The translations under genes were made by a program, and so were the position numbers. The notes below the pieces were generated by a model that was not told where the DNA came from, searched no databases, and worked only from the letters and a program-made list of their open reading frames with translations. A stretch of 64,000 nt of DNA from Eledone cirrhosa (lineage: Eukaryota): NCBI GenBank assembly GCA_964016885.1, contig OZ024740.1, positions 157,790,001 to 157,854,000 on the forward strand, given 5' to 3'. Each line of letters starts with the position of its first letter. Position 1 is the first letter of the stretch. Shown here piece by piece: positions 24,937 to 42,109 of the stretch.

Positions 24937-26836
24937 TTTACAGGCACCAGTAACATCTTCAACCTGAAATCGAGAGCTTACCCTCCTAAGGTAACGGAAC
25001 TCACTCCTTTCGAAGTGGACCTTCTTGACTTAGTCGCTAACATTTCCTTTCCCAAACACTCTAACACCTTCCAAACTAAACTTAGAAATGATATTAAGAA
25101 ATTTAGGTCTTCCAATAACACTTTCGTTCTTTCTGACAAAACCAATAATATTTATGAAGTCGACAACACTACTTGCAGCCACTTGGCACGTAACGCCATA
25201 ACCTCTAAATATGAGAAGGCTAACCCTACGGCCTACCACGACATCAATACAGAAACCAAAGACCTTGCTGCCGCCCTTAAGGTAGATAAGAAACTACAAT
25301 GCTTAGCTAAACGAGATGCGTTTCTCACCCTGAAGGATCACATGGTAGACTTTGCTTCTAATCCCACGTTTAGATTACTAAACCCGGCACGCACGGAAAT
25401 GGGACTCGTCAGTAAGGCTATACTTAGAAACATAGTTAAGACCATTAGGACGAAGTCCAACCTGTCTCAGCGACCCCGTCATTAAGTGGTTTAACTCCCT
25501 CAACTCCAAAAAAGCGAAGTTCACGCAATTCGATATTGTGGATTTTTACCCGTCGATCTCAGAGACCCTGTTAAACAAAGCTTTGGACTTTGCTACCACT
25601 TACACTACCCTCCCTTCAATAACGGTGTAGCCTGGGCAAAGAAGTCAAACACTTCAGAGCTATTCGACGTCTCCATGGGATCATTCTGCAGTGCTGACGT
25701 ATGCGACTTGGTTGGCTTATTTATTTTAGAGATATTACGTGTTAGATTTCCGGACTTCCACACGGGAATATACCTCGACGATGGTCTGACCTTATCGAGC
25801 CATAAAAGTAGTCACGACCTGGACCGGTTTAAAAAAGATTTAATTTCTATTATTAATGAGTTAGGACTTAGGATAGCGGTAGCTACCAACCCCTCTAGCG
25901 TAGATTTCTTAGACATTAATTTAGACCTTCGCACACATACCTTCAGACCATTCCATAAACTAAACGAAAAACTTAATTACATACACAAAGACCCATGCCA
26001 CCCTCCTACTGTTTTTAGAAACTTCGTAAATAATATCAATACTAGAATCTTTAGCTTCTCCTTTAATAAAGCAATCTTTGACAGAGCGGCCCCCTACTAT
26101 AACACGGCGTTAGCTAACAGCGGCTTCTCGCAACCAATTACTTACTCCCCCACACACCAACAGCAATAAGAAAAGAAATCGTAACAATAGACAAACTATC
26201 TGGTTCTCTCCTCCCTTCTCACTCAACGTTAAAACTAATGTAGAAAAGAATGTTTAGCCCTCTTACATTTCCCATAGGTCACTAATACCGCTCCATATTT
26301 AACAGACACAGAGTAAAACTAGGGTACTCTTGCGCTAAGAATATGAAGGCCCACATCACGAACAGTCCTAAGAACTGCACCCCACCAGGATTCTCTTCCC
26401 GAAAGCTTGAAGCTTGTCCCCTTCAACAGCAATGCAACACACCTCTGTAGTTTATGAAGCTGTGGTCACTTCCAACCGACGAAATCAACCACAGGAGGTC
26501 AAATCCTATGTGGGTATGGCGGAGGGCCGATTTAAGGAACGCTTCCTGAACCATCAGTCGACCTTTAGGTAACCGGACAAACGATCATCCTCGAAGCTCG
26601 CGAGCCACGTATGGTCCCTCAAAGACTCAGGTATAGACTACTCCTTTCAATGGAAAGCTATCACTAAGACCAAGCCATATGCAAGGGGTAATCCGTCTTG
26701 TGGACTGTGTATTGAAGAAAGGATAACTATTCTAAGGAGATTACGCAATAGCGATTGTCTAAATTCAAGAAATGAAATTTCACGTTATCCACATGTCTGA
26801 AAACACCTCTTGCATAACTGCAAGGCTCCGGATTGA
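24937..26836 (+). pseudogene. PLE reverse transcriptase + C-terminal GIY-YIG endonuclease, disrupted
   Basis: [102 protein letters not shown]. Confidence 0.9.
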
Positions 26837-27202
26837 ATAACAACAACATTCTAATCTTCTAATCAACTCGAACATTTTATGTTCATTTTATGCGGAAGAT
26901 CCGCATAAGGTGAAACAATTATTCTCGGTATGGTGAACTAACTGTTGTGTTACTACTTCTACCTAACTCGTCCCATGAACTGGGTGCTCTACTACTACGG
27001 ATATTACATTCTCTCTCTCTATATATATATAAAGTATTTCCGTAGAAAAGGTAAAGGAAAGAAGAGTGCTCTATGTATAATACAGAGTTATTTAATTATG
27101 TAATAAACAACACAATACAATTATTCCATTACCCAAGGTAATTGTTTATTACATAATATACATACATACATATATATATATATACCTGCACATATATATA
27201 TA

Positions 27203-28232
27203 CCAGTCGTGATACCAAGTTCAACCTAGCTTCGCGTGTCATTCATGTTGTTCGTGAAAATAATGAACATGAGAGATGACAGTACGCAGCCTTGGCTGAG
27301 TCCGACACCCACATTAAATGAATTCGGTTTAGACCATTTATCCGAACAGAAATACCCGGGCATTCATACAGAAACACCAGGGCAACAAGAGGCCAACCAC
27401 CAATCTCATACTCCTGCTGAACCTTCCACAGCAGGTCACGTGGAACGCGGTCATGCAAAACAAGGATACACCTTTTGGCAGTACTTCCACGATTTCTCAA
27501 AGATCAACAGTGTGAATATTTGGTCAGCTGTGCTGCGTCCGGGGCGAAAACCGCACTGTTCATCAGCTAGCTTGGACTCAACAATCTCCTTACATCTATT
27601 TGTCATATATTTATCATAGATTTCCTCGGTTGGCTGAACAATGAGATCCCTCTATATTTTAAAAAATCTCTCTTGTTTTCCCTTGTTGAAAATTGGGATT
27701 ATCGCTTTTGATTGCCATTGCTTAGGTGACTTTCCAGAGGTCCACGCCACACAATACACATGAATCAGCCACAGAATGCCTTCTCTATTTAAAGCATTTA
27801 ACATTGCATGCCGAATCTCATCGTCCCCAGCGGCCTTGCCATATTTGAGCTCTTCAATTGTTCTTGTGAGCCCAGCCTCCTAGAGATTAGATATCTCTCA
27901 CGGATGCACCTCGTGTACATCAGATGCTGTTCTGATAGGGTTTAGGAGATCAGCAAAGTATTCTCGCCACCTCGAATCAGTCGGCTGGAATGTGCAGACA
28001 TGATATTACTCAACTTGACAGAACGTTATCTCCGACTTGCAGTTGATGCCGAGTGCTACATGGCTAGAATGAAAATCAGTGCTCCTAAAACTGAGACACT
28101 CATTCTCTCAAGGAAGCTTGCACAGTGGTACACTACATGTGAATGGCATTCGTCTGAAGCAGGTGGAGAAGTTGAAGTATCTCGGGCTGTGTTCACGTGT
28201 GATGGAAGGCAGGAGGCTGAATTAAGAACACG
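27203..28232. mobile_element. RTE RT fragment with inverted 5' segment
   Basis: Minus 27203-27973 (EQCGFRPGRSTADQIF, RVPRDLLW, QGCVLS) joined to plus 27974-28232 (MKISAPKTETL); the breakpoints are 10 nt apart in the uninverted copy at 46414-46446. Confidence 0.8.
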
Positions 28233-28334
28233 AAGAAGTATTATGTGTATTTCCGGGATGCCAGTGTATTGTTGTTGCGTAATCACAACCTCAGGTGAGA
28301 TGGCCTCATCAGGCATTATTATTAGGTTATATAA

Positions 28335-28526
28335 TTGGTGGAATGGCAATATCGGTAGAGGGTCGGACACAATGCTTTGCAGCATAGAGTTACAGCACTT
28401 TACGATCTGAGTTCAAATCCTGCCGTGGTTAACTTTGCCTTTCATCCTTACGGGGTCGATAAAATAAAGTACCAGTAATGCACTGGTGGATTGCTGGCCT
28501 TGTGCCAAAAGTAGAAACAATTATTA
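28335..28526 (+). mobile_element. tRNA-derived SINE (Nin-like core)
   Basis: Same consensus as 13670-14395. Confidence 0.85.
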
Positions 28527-28531
28527 GGTTT

Positions 28532-28630
<99 letters not shown>

Positions 28631-28899
28631 ATTTATAGAAGTGTACGTGTGTGTGATCGCATGCGCGCGTGTGAGTATGTGTGCGTGTGTGTGTGTGTGG
28701 TCAATCCATGTGAAATTTGAAATTATGTTAAAGTAGCCAAATGATTGGTTTGATCCAAGCAACCTTTTCTACATCTTATGTTTCAGCAGTCTTATGGAAA
28801 TATTGATATTTACCCGGGGGCTTCCGAAACTGCTAACATAGTTTCAAATTTCATGCATATGATATTATTGGCAAAATGATCTCTCCTAAAGTATATACA

Positions 28900-29090
28900 T
28901 AATTGTTTCTACGTTAGGCACAAGGCCAGCAATTACCCAGTGTATTACTGGTACTTTATTTTATCGACCCCGTAAGGATGAAAGGCAAAGTTAACCTTGG
29001 CAGGATTTGTACTCAGAATGGCAAGGGCCGTAACTCTATACATCAAAGTATGGCGTCCGACCCTCTACCAATACTGCCAATCCACCGCCC
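28900..29090 (-). mobile_element. tRNA-derived SINE (Nin-like core)
   Basis: Reverse complement of the same consensus. Confidence 0.85.
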
Positions 29091-29264
29091 TAAAATATAT
29101 ACATAATGCATGTGTTTGTGCGTGTAACTTTATATATATGCTTGCATGAATACATGCATACATCGTAATAGCTTTAATCTATAAATTTTATTGATTACAT
29201 TGAAAATAAAGAACAGGATTATATATATATATATATGCCTTACTTTCTTATGTATATATATGTA

Positions 29265-29358
<94 letters not shown>

Positions 29359-29858
29359 CAAAAATACATATATATATATAATGCTATTCCTTATCATATA
29401 GTCTATAAAGGTTATAGATTAAAGCTATTAGGAAATATGCATGAATGCATGCATGTTTGTATGTATGTATGTATGTATGTATGTGTGTGTGTATGTATGC
29501 ATGCATATATACAACGATACACACACATGCAATATATGCATAAATATATATATATATATATGTGTGTGTGTGTATGTGTGATATATATATACATATATAT
29601 ATATATACATTTATATACTCCTTTCTCATCCGTATTTCAAAAGGATTCGGAGGCTTTAGAGAAAAATTCCTATTTAATATCTATAATTTTTAGATAGATA
29701 CACAGAGGTTCACCGGTAAGATATGAAGAAATTTATGTCTCGGATTTATCAATAGAAAATAAAGTTATTTCCTCGAAGAATTTAATGCATTTAATGAAAA
29801 TTATTCAAGAATTATATGATGTAAGTAGAATATACATACATATATATATGTGTGTATA

Positions 29859-29936
<78 letters not shown>

Positions 29937-29962
29937 CACACATATATATATATATGTATACA

Positions 29963-30018
<56 letters not shown>

Positions 30019-30072
30019 TACATATATATATATATATATATGTATACATATATATTATATATATATATATAC

Positions 30073-30130
<58 letters not shown>

Positions 30131-30227
30131 TTATATACACACACATCACATATATATATATATATATATGTATACATATATATTATATATATATATATAC
30201 ATATATATATACATATATATACATATA

Positions 30228-30686
30228 TGGTGGCTGCCAACTCGTTTTCGAGTACGGCCACTACTTTACATCCATGTAGGAGAACCCCTACCGAAGCGCT
30301 GAACGAGTGTGACTTTTTAGTCCAGCCAGCGACTTGAAAACTCTGGTACAAACACTACACCTGTGACAATTATTGACACATAGTGCTGGGCCCATGGTAC
30401 CATGTGAGGACAAGTGCAGAGAGATCTCCAGATACAAAGCAATGCCTGTGCCGTGAAGCTTTTATAGTGAGCAAAGGCACTGCACAAAGCCAGTCCCACT
30501 CTCTTAACCAAGATGATATTTACCAAAAAGAAGAACAAGTCAACATCATTGGATACCATCAGGGTTGCAGGTGTTATATCAGAGTTTTCCTTCTCCTAGA
30601 ATTCTGCCTTGACAAAGGCTAAGGGGTCATCTCTCCCGGTGATTTTGGATGGCCATTGACTTTTAAGAGCTCCTTTGCCCTTTGAC
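30228..30686 (-). mobile_element. ~450-bp non-autonomous RTE-derived element, copy 2
   Basis: Near-identical boundaries and sequence to 16083-16535. Confidence 0.85.
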
Positions 30687-32519
<1,833 letters not shown>

Positions 32520-32557
32520 TGATGGCTGCCCCCTCGTTATCGAGTATGGCCATTGCA

Positions 32558-32642
<85 letters not shown>

Positions 32643-32655
32643 AATAAATAAATAA

Positions 32656-32721
<66 letters not shown>

Positions 32722-32843
32722 TATACATATATATATATATACACATATATATACACACACACATACATACACATACATACATATATACACACACACATAC
32801 ATACACATACACTCACACATATATACACACATACATTAATAAC

Positions 32844-32880
<37 letters not shown>

Positions 32881-32959
32881 GCAATAATAATAATAACGAC
32901 AACAACAATAATAATATACATATTCATATATATATACACACACACGCACGCACATAAGC

Positions 32960-33001
<42 letters not shown>

Positions 33002-35802
33002 GATAGCAACTAACAGTGCTGCGATCGAATGTGGCTTTTTAGCCCAGCCAATGATCCAAAATGTCTTGCACAGAGTCGGCAACCAAAACATTTACTGGGA
33101 ATAGTCGGCTGTGGTTGGAGTTCGTGTACTTTTGCATGTCGCTTGAGTCCTCCTGCTGATTTACATTCTCTACCACATGTTTGGCAAGCATGATGAGTAG
33201 CATCTCCAACAGCAGCCTGGTAGTCAACCACTGGTCTTACTTTATGACTGCGAAGATGACTTTCGAGTCCAGCTTTGCTTAGGCAGAGTCTCGCACAGAC
33301 GCTGCATGTCAGAAACATAGGAGGACCCTCGCCGTCTGGAAGTGCAACAGCAATACCCTTCCTCACGTCCCGCTTTACTTTCTCGTGTGCGATTCGAGAT
33401 GCCTCAAAGGCAACTTTTCCCTCATATACAGTCTTTCTCCATTTATTACGATCAGCAGCAACATTTTCCCATGTATCAGCAGAGATGTTAGCGTCTCTCA
33501 GAGAGGCCTTCAAGGAATCCTTATACCTCTTTTTTGGTTTATGTGGCGGTCGTTTTCCTTTAACCAACTCTCCATAGAAGAGTTGTTTTGGTATTCTAGA
33601 ATCCTTCATCCTGGCAAGGTGACCACTCCAACGGAGTCGCTGCTTAAGCACAAGAGCTTCTATACTGTCACACATAGAGCTTTCCAAAATCTCGACATCA
33701 CTGATGTGGTCGCTCCAGTGAACGCCATGGATCCGTCTGAGACACATCTGATGGAAACGCTCCAATTGCTTAAGGTGGCGTCGATATGTGACCCAGGTCT
33801 CGCAGGCATAAAGAAGACAAGAGAGTACACATGCCCTGTACACCCTTACCTTTGTCCTCCTGCATATGTCTCGCCGACCCCAGAGTCGCCTTTCTAGCTT
33901 TCCGAAAGCATCACTTGCTTTCCTAATCCTAAGTGAGATTTCACTGTCAAGGTTGCCGTATCGATTGACAGTGCTTCCCAGGTAGACAAACTGATCAACC
34001 ACTCCAAGTCGTTTGCCATACACATAGATGTTTGGTTCAGTGTACTGCCTACCAGGTGCAGGTTGGTACATGACGACGGTTTTCTTGAGACTGACAGTCA
34101 AACCCAGGGCAGTGCAAGCGTCAGAAAATACATTCAAAATGTGCTGCATATCACTCTCTGTGTGCGCTACAAGATCGCAATCATCTGCATACAAGAGGTC
34201 TCTTATGACTGATGTAAATACTTTTGTCTTCGCAGCAAAGCGCCTGATGTTAAATATGCTGCCTGAGGTTCGATATCGGATGTAAACACCATGCTCGCAA
34301 TTCCTGAATGCAATACAGAAAACCATTGCAAAGTATATGGCAAACAGGGTCGGTGCTGGAATATCCCCCTGTTTCACTCCATTTTTTACTGAGATAGGCT
34401 CCGACATGTTACCTCCGACATTAACCCAAGCCTTCATGTCGTCATGGAAAGACCTAACTAAAGCAAGGAACTTATCAGGGCAACCAAGTTTCTGGAGAAC
34501 CTTCCATAATGCATCTCTGTTGACAGTATCGAAAGCCTTTGTCAGATCGACAAAAACCTGATACAGATCCAAGCCCTGTTCAATGCACTTCTCCTGGAGC
34601 TGTCTAGCTGAGAAGATCATATCAGTAGTGCCGCGTCCAACACGAAAACCAGATTGACTTTCAGGAAGGACACAATCTGCAATGTGTGTCAGCAGACGGT
34701 CCAGAAGCACCCTACATAAAACTTTCCCCACGACAGAAAGCAATGATATACCTCTGTAGTTCCCACAATCATTCCTGTTACCCTTTCCCTTGTACAAGAC
34801 CACCATTACTGCATCTCTCCAGTCCTCAGGCACGGATTCATTAGCCCATATCCCTCCAAACAGAGAGTGAAGATGTTGCAGGAGTCTCTCACCACCATAT
34901 TGTAGGAGCTCAGCATGTATGCCATCCATGCCTGGAGATCTTCCACTGTTCAGCTTCGAAATAGCCACTGCAACCTCCACAAGTGTCGGAGGCTCTGCGA
35001 GAGCTACTTTCACAGGACTTTCCGGAATGAGATTGAGGAAATCTTCACCGACGACAGACGGCTGATTCAAAAGATCATCAAAGTGCTCTCGCCACCTTCG
35101 TAGAATTCCCTGTGAGTCACGAAGAAGTTCTTTGCCATCCCTGCTGCGAATCGGTGTCACCAGAGAAGAAGACGGTCCATAAACCTCACGCAAGAGACTG
35201 TACAACAGCTTTGTGTTATTGCAATCAGACGCAGTTTGTATCTCACCAGCCTTCTCACTCCACCACTGATCCTTCATCTGAGAAAGACTCCGCCTAACAC
35301 GTGATTTTACATCCCTGAGCTCCTCATGCAACGTATTCCTCTCCTGTGGTCTTGCCGTCAAGTAGCGTGACAGAGCGCGCCTCTTATCAGCCAACAAGTC
35401 ATCTATATGCACATCTTTCTCATTAAACCAGTCCTGATGTTTTCTCTGCACCAATCCCAGAACACGTCTGCCTACATCATAAACCGACTTTTTAAGGGTC
35501 GGCCAATCCTCACCAAGATCTGCAGCCTGCATCTCTTCTTCCAATGTCCTCTTCACATTTTTATCCTTAAGACGAGCAGCATTCAATCTTTTGGGCAGGG
35601 TAACACCAGGAGCCCGGATTTTACGTTTGGTGATTAGATTCACTTTTGCGCGTACCAGGCGGTGGTCCGTCCAGCACTCAGCTCCACGAAGAACACGAAC
35701 ACACCGCACATCCTGTCTGTCACGCATCCTGACTAGGACGTAGTCCAAAAGATGCCATTCCTTAGATGCAGGATGCATCCATGTGGTCTTGAATTTGTTC
35801 AT
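32520..35802 (-). mobile_element. 5'-truncated RTE (BovB-like) LINE
   Basis: Open ORF, short 3' UTR split by simple repeats (32559-33000), terminal stem-loop CTCG-ATAA-CGAG then GGCAGCCATCA-(TGTA)n. Confidence 0.93.
33010..35802 (-). CDS. Uninterrupted 930-codon RTE ORF: C-terminal part of APE, RT, three C2H2 zinc fingers (N-terminus missing)
   Basis: [56 protein letters not shown]; CSVC/CQTC/CRLC fingers; ATG comes from the flanking microsatellite junction. Confidence 0.85.
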   Translation of the reverse strand: MNKFKTTWMHPASKEWHLLDYVLVRMRDRQDVRCVRVLRGAECWTDHRLVRAKVNLITKRKIRAPGVTLPKRLNAARLKDKNVKRTLEEEMQAADLGEDWPTLKKSVYDVGRRVLGLVQRKHQDWFNEKDVHIDDLLADKRRALSRYLTARPQERNTLHEELRDVKSRVRRSLSQMKDQWWSEKAGEIQTASDCNNTKLLYSLLREVYGPSSSLVTPIRSRDGKELLRDSQGILRRWREHFDDLLNQPSVVGEDFLNLIPESPVKVALAEPPTLVEVAVAISKLNSGRSPGMDGIHAELLQYGGERLLQHLHSLFGGIWANESVPEDWRDAVMVVLYKGKGNRNDCGNYRGISLLSVVGKVLCRVLLDRLLTHIADCVLPESQSGFRVGRGTTDMIFSARQLQEKCIEQGLDLYQVFVDLTKAFDTVNRDALWKVLQKLGCPDKFLALVRSFHDDMKAWVNVGGNMSEPISVKNGVKQGDIPAPTLFAIYFAMVFCIAFRNCEHGVYIRYRTSGSIFNIRRFAAKTKVFTSVIRDLLYADDCDLVAHTESDMQHILNVFSDACTALGLTVSLKKTVVMYQPAPGRQYTEPNIYVYGKRLGVVDQFVYLGSTVNRYGNLDSEISLRIRKASDAFGKLERRLWGRRDICRRTKVRVYRACVLSCLLYACETWVTYRRHLKQLERFHQMCLRRIHGVHWSDHISDVEILESSMCDSIEALVLKQRLRWSGHLARMKDSRIPKQLFYGELVKGKRPPHKPKKRYKDSLKASLRDANISADTWENVAADRNKWRKTVYEGKVAFEASRIAHEKVKRDVRKGIAVALPDGEGPPMFLTCSVCARLCLSKAGLESHLRSHKVRPVVDYQAAVGDATHHACQTCGRECKSAGGLKRHAKVHELQPQPTIPSKCFGCRLCARHFGSLAGLKSHIRSQHC

Positions 35803-36398
35803 ACATATATACATACATATATATATACATAGATATACATACATACATATATATATACATACATATACACATACATACATATATATATATACATATATAT
35901 ACATACATATATATACATATACATACATACATATACATATACATACATATATACATATATATACATACATATATATATATATACATACATATATACATAC
36001 ATATACATACATACATACATATATACATACATACATACATACATATACATACATACACATACATATACATACACATATACATATATATACATACACATAC
36101 ATATATATACATACACACACATATACATATATACATATACACATATACATATATACACATACATACATACACATACATACATATATATACATATATACAT
36201 ATATATACATATATATACATATATATATATATACATATATATACATATATATACATACATATACATACATACATACATATATATATATACATACACATAC
36301 ATACATATACATACATACATATATATATATATACATATATATATATACATATACATACATACATATATATATACATATACATATATATATATACACAC

Positions 36399-36433
<35 letters not shown>

Positions 36434-36528
36434 CACATACATACATATATATACATATATATACATACATATATATATATATACATACATATATATATAT
36501 ATACATATACATATATATACATATACAC

Positions 36529-36566
<38 letters not shown>

Positions 36567-36602
36567 ATACACATATACATATACATACATATATATATAT
36601 AC

Positions 36603-36638
<36 letters not shown>

Positions 36639-37549
36639 ATACATACATACATATACATACATATATATACATATACATACATACACATACATACATATAT
36701 ACACACATACATACATATATATACATACATACATATATATATACATATATATACATACATATATATATATACATATATATATATACATATATATATATAC
36801 ATATATATACATACATATATATATATATACATATATATACATACATATACATATATATACATACATATATATATACATACATATATATATATACATACAT
36901 ATACATATATATACATACATACATATATATACATATACATACATACATATATATACATATACATACATACATATACATACATACATATACATACATATAT
37001 ATACATACATATACACATATATACATACATACATATATATACATACATATACATATATATACATATATATACATACATATATACACATATACATACATAT
37101 ATATACATATACATACATACACATATATACATACATATATATATATATACATATATATACATACATATATACATATATACATATATATACATACATATAT
37201 ACATATACATACATACATATACATACATATATATATATATACATATATATACATATACATACATACATATATACATATATACATATATATACATATACAT
37301 ACATACATATATACACATATACATACATATACATACACATACATACATATATATATATATACATACATATACATACATATATACATATATACATACATAT
37401 ACATATACATACATACACATATACATATATACATACATATACATACATATACATACATATATATACACATACATATATACATATATATATATACATATAC
37501 ATACATATACATACATACATATATATATATACATATATATACATACATA

Positions 37550-37589
<40 letters not shown>

Positions 37590-37987
37590 CACATACATAC
37601 ACATACATACATATATATATATATATACATACATATACATACATATATATATATATATACATATATATACATACATATATACATATATATATACACATAT
37701 ACATATACATACATACATATATACATACATATACATATACATATACATACATATATACATATATATACATACATATATATACCCATACATACATATATAT
37801 ACATATACATACATATACATATATATACATACATATATATATATATACATACATATACACACATATACATACATATATATATATATACATATATATACAT
37901 ATACATACATACATATATATATACATACATATATATATATATACATACATATATATATACATATATATACACATATATATATATATA
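35803..37987. repeat. 2.2-kb mosaic (AT)/(AC) microsatellite abutting the 3' end of the 37988 fragment
   Basis: AT and AC units with essentially no G on the plus strand. Confidence 0.95.
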
Positions 37988-38128
37988 TGGTGGCTGCCAA
38001 CTCGTTTTCGAGTACGGCCACTACTTTATATCCATGTAGGAGAACCCCTACCGATGCGCTGAACGAGTGTGATTTTTTAGTCCAGCCAGCGACTTGAAAG
38101 CTCTGGTACAAACACTACACTTGTGACA
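37988..38128 (-). mobile_element. 3' fragment of the RTE-derived element, copy 3
   Basis: Matches 16083-16223; encodes relic finger [22 protein letters not shown]. Confidence 0.85.
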
Positions 38129-38173
38129 TATATACATATATATATATATAGATACATACATATATATATATAT

Positions 38174-38223
<50 letters not shown>

Positions 38224-38264
38224 TATATATATGTATATATATACATATATATACATATATATAC

Positions 38265-38335
<71 letters not shown>

Positions 38336-38673
38336 TATATATATATATATATATACAGTGTTCCCAAAATTGTATACGTACTTCAATAGAATTTTAATAA
38401 AATTGTGTATACATTCTTTTGAGCCGCCCTCTCTCTCTATATATATATATCTATGTGTGTGTGTTTGTGTGTACATATTTGTGTGTGCAAGTAGCCGATA
38501 GCTCGATTCTATGCCAAACTGTATATGCATGTGACAGTATAATTTTTTAAATATATTGCTTTTGTGCGTATATAAGTATCCAAGTAAAGGTATAATGTTG
38601 AAAACACGCATGCACATACGCACACACACACACACATTTTGTGTGCACATACACACGTACACATACATACACT

Positions 38674-38731
<58 letters not shown>

Positions 38732-38888
38732 GACACACATACACACACACAAACACACACACACACACACATATATATATATGTACACAGACACACATAC
38801 ACACACACAAATACATACATACACACACATATATATGTGCGTGTGTATGTATGTATTTAATAGATACCATCTAGTATATATATGTATG

Positions 38889-38937
<49 letters not shown>

Positions 38938-38983
38938 ATATATATATACATATATATATATACATATATATATATATACATAC

Positions 38984-39016
<33 letters not shown>

Positions 39017-39023
39017 CATATAC

Positions 39024-39060
<37 letters not shown>

Positions 39061-39096
39061 CATATATATATACATATATATATATATACATATACA

Positions 39097-39128
<32 letters not shown>

Positions 39129-39135
39129 CATATAC

Positions 39136-39172
<37 letters not shown>

Positions 39173-39209
39173 CATATATACATATATATATATATATACA
39201 TATATATAC

Positions 39210-39260
<51 letters not shown>

Positions 39261-39280
39261 CATATATATATACATATACA

Positions 39281-39312
<32 letters not shown>

Positions 39313-39549
39313 CATATATATATTCTTTATTGTGGCTTAGTGATGAGGCATATAGAATATCATACTTTCGCACACTAAATGCACCGTTTAAGCAATCTTC
39401 TCAGGAAATGGTGTCCGATCTTCTTGAATCAAGCAATCTTTATATCAAAGACTTTTTTGCTTCAAAATTTTGTCGGCGAAACAATTACGTGAATTATAAA
39501 CTGAATTTGCGGGATGAAGATTCAATGGTTGTATTTATATGGACATATT

Positions 39550-39581
<32 letters not shown>

Positions 39582-39751
39582 TGTATGTATGTATGTATGT
39601 ATGTATGTATGTATGTATGTATGTATGTATGTATGTATGTATGTATGTGTGTGTGTGTGTCTGCATGTACACATATATGTATAAATGTATGCATATTTGT
39701 ATGTATGTATGTATATAAGTATATATGTCTGTATATATGCTTGTATGCACG

Positions 39752-39783
<32 letters not shown>

Positions 39784-39929
39784 ATGTATATTTATATATA
39801 TAGAGAGAGAGAGAAAGAGAGAGAGGGAGAAAGTGAGTGAGAGAGAGAGAGACAGAAAGTGACAGTGAAAGTTAGGGTGAGAGAGATAAAGAAAGAGAAA
39901 GAGAGATGGGTTGAGAGAGGGATAGAAAA

Positions 39930-39988
<59 letters not shown>

Positions 39989-40372
39989 GAGAGAGAGAGA
40001 GAGAGGGGAGAGAGAGGGAAGAGAGAGAGAGATTCTGATATATAATTTATACTTCAAATGATGAAACAAATGGCTAGAAATGTCAGTAATCAATAAAACT
40101 GTTTTATCTTCATCTTAAATTGATTTTACAAGTTGAATCAATTTTACTTGTTTCTTACAGTAAATTATACATACTTATTATACACATAGGAACATACAAG
40201 CATTCTAACACATGCACACCCAAGTACACATAGATACATACACACACACACATTCATACAGGCATATACACACACATACGTGCATCTATGTTCATATATA
40301 TATATAATGCTTGGAATAAACCCTACTATATAGCTTATCCGTGTTATTCTTCATTCTTTTATTATATATATA

Positions 40373-40429
<57 letters not shown>

Positions 40430-40431
<2 letters not shown>

Positions 40432-40621
40432 CGAAGGAATTGTGGTAAGGAACCAGATGGACCATAACGCACCAAAGTATTCAATACTTAGGGTAGTAGA
40501 GTGGGTAATAGAAACGAGTAGGACCCCGACGGCTGAGCTCAAGCCGTTTCTACGGCTAATTCTGAGTCCAGAATTAGCCGTCGAAACGGCTTGAGCTCAG
40601 CCGTCGGGGTCCTACTCGTTC
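40430..40621. mobile_element. ~190-bp asymmetric hairpin element, copy 2
   Basis: Arms ~40513-40564 / 40569-40620; (TA)n on both sides. Confidence 0.88.
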
Positions 40622-40667
<46 letters not shown>

Positions 40668-40721
40668 GGAGAGAGAGAGAACTAGAGATAGATAGATAAA
40701 TAGATAAATAGATAGATTCTA

Positions 40722-41100
40722 ACCCCATGTCCATTTTATCGCAGCTGTGATCTCTCAAATCAGAGAAATAGTGACTCTACCTGGAGCGACTCTCTGACCT
40801 CCAGCCTACGAACTTTGTCGAGTATTGTTTCACCAAAGACCTCTGGAGGAACTCCAATACAGCCTCTTGTATTCGCGATCATATTTTTTCGGACATTACC
40901 AAAAATTCATGATCATAGGCAAGTGTTAGCAGGATTACTGAATTTAAGCGTCCGAATTTGACTTTTACACCTAACTCCATTCTTCTGATGACCGAATGCT
41001 GAAGCTGCCGCATTACTATACCGGCTCGTACAGTTCTTGCGCTTAATTCTGCCGCCATGAACACGGCTCCGAGATACGTGAGCTTCACCACCTGCTTCAG
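40722..41100 (-). mobile_element. Degenerate RTE fragment
   Basis: Homologous to 45850-46220 (LTYLGAVF, RQLQHSVIRR). Confidence 0.75.
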
Positions 41101-41408
41101 GGGAACATCACTCAGATATAGAGGCTGTGGGTGCCAATCTGTCTATAATCTCAGTCTCTATAATTTCAGTCTCTGGGAAGACACGGATCAAACCCCTAAA
41201 AGCAATATCAGAGCCGAGGAAAGAAGTCCTAGCTGGATCTGGTCAAGGAGGAACAAAGACGAGCTCCATACCACATGAGAGGCATCGTGTTTGTAGTTTA
41301 GCGTACGCTAAGGGAAGTAACTCTGAGTCAGTAATGGTCAGTAGTGTTGGTGGTGACGCCGGCGATACTGTTGAGGTCTCACCGCTACCATTACTATCAA
41401 CATTATTT
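41100..41408 (+). mobile_element. HERO-like 3' fragment
   Basis: Reverse-complement match to 11045-11300 (TGGATCTGGTC.AGGAGGAACAAA; SWIWSRR). Confidence 0.7.
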
Positions 41409-41746
41409 TAGTAGATATCGCCATAGACCACTTTCACTAAGACAACACTAGAGATTTTCAGTATCACATTTGACGTATGTAAATGTATTACCGGATAAAT
41501 CACAATCATTTTACGTCCTATAACATGACAATCAGCAGTTAGGAGAGCATTCACATAAACACCAGTGGACTGATCCACTCAATTGCTGTCGAACACTGTC
41601 CAGTCTAACGCTAGATATATCAATGCAGACTGAGACAATGTAATATAAAGGGTTAAGACGATTTTTTAATAAAATTAAATGATGTATTTATACACGCGAA
41701 TTTATATTATATAATATATGCATACTTAAAAACACACAGACAGACA

Positions 41747-41784
<38 letters not shown>

Positions 41785-42109
41785 AGTATGCATATATAAT
41801 ATAATATAAATTCGCGTGAATAAATACATAGAAACATGCGTGTATACATACATACATTCACACATACATACATAAATACATAGATACATGCATACATACA
41901 TACATACATACATACATACATACACACATAAATACGTAGATACATATATACATACATACATACATACATTCACACATACATACATACATACATACATACA
42001 TACATACATACATACATACATACATACATACATACATACATACACATCTCTAAAGTTTTCTGTGAACCTTTAATCAAACTTTCTTTGCTCTTTCATTATT
42101 TACTGCTGT

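Larger units (their letters stand above)
24387..27010 (+). mobile_element. Penelope-like element 1 with inverted upstream partial copy
   Basis: Arms 24387-24936 / 26530-26958; microsatellite flanks. Confidence 0.93.

Noticed and set aside
28335-29090. Inverted repeat pair as a fold-back or MITE
   Set aside because: Two independent, differently diverged SINE copies in opposite orientation
29144-29453. Short imperfect inverted repeat around (TA)/(TG)n; similar 16-bp pair at 27095-27157
   Set aside because: Real but too short and low-complexity to assign to a family
35803-37974. N-terminal ~720 aa of the 1654-aa ORF as a fusion domain
   Set aside because: Microsatellite in frame with a 5'-truncated RTE by chance
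39335-39495. Possible hammerhead (GTGATGAGGC..GGCGAAACAATTAC)
   Set aside because: Core lacks C3 and a UH site, and stem I does not pair
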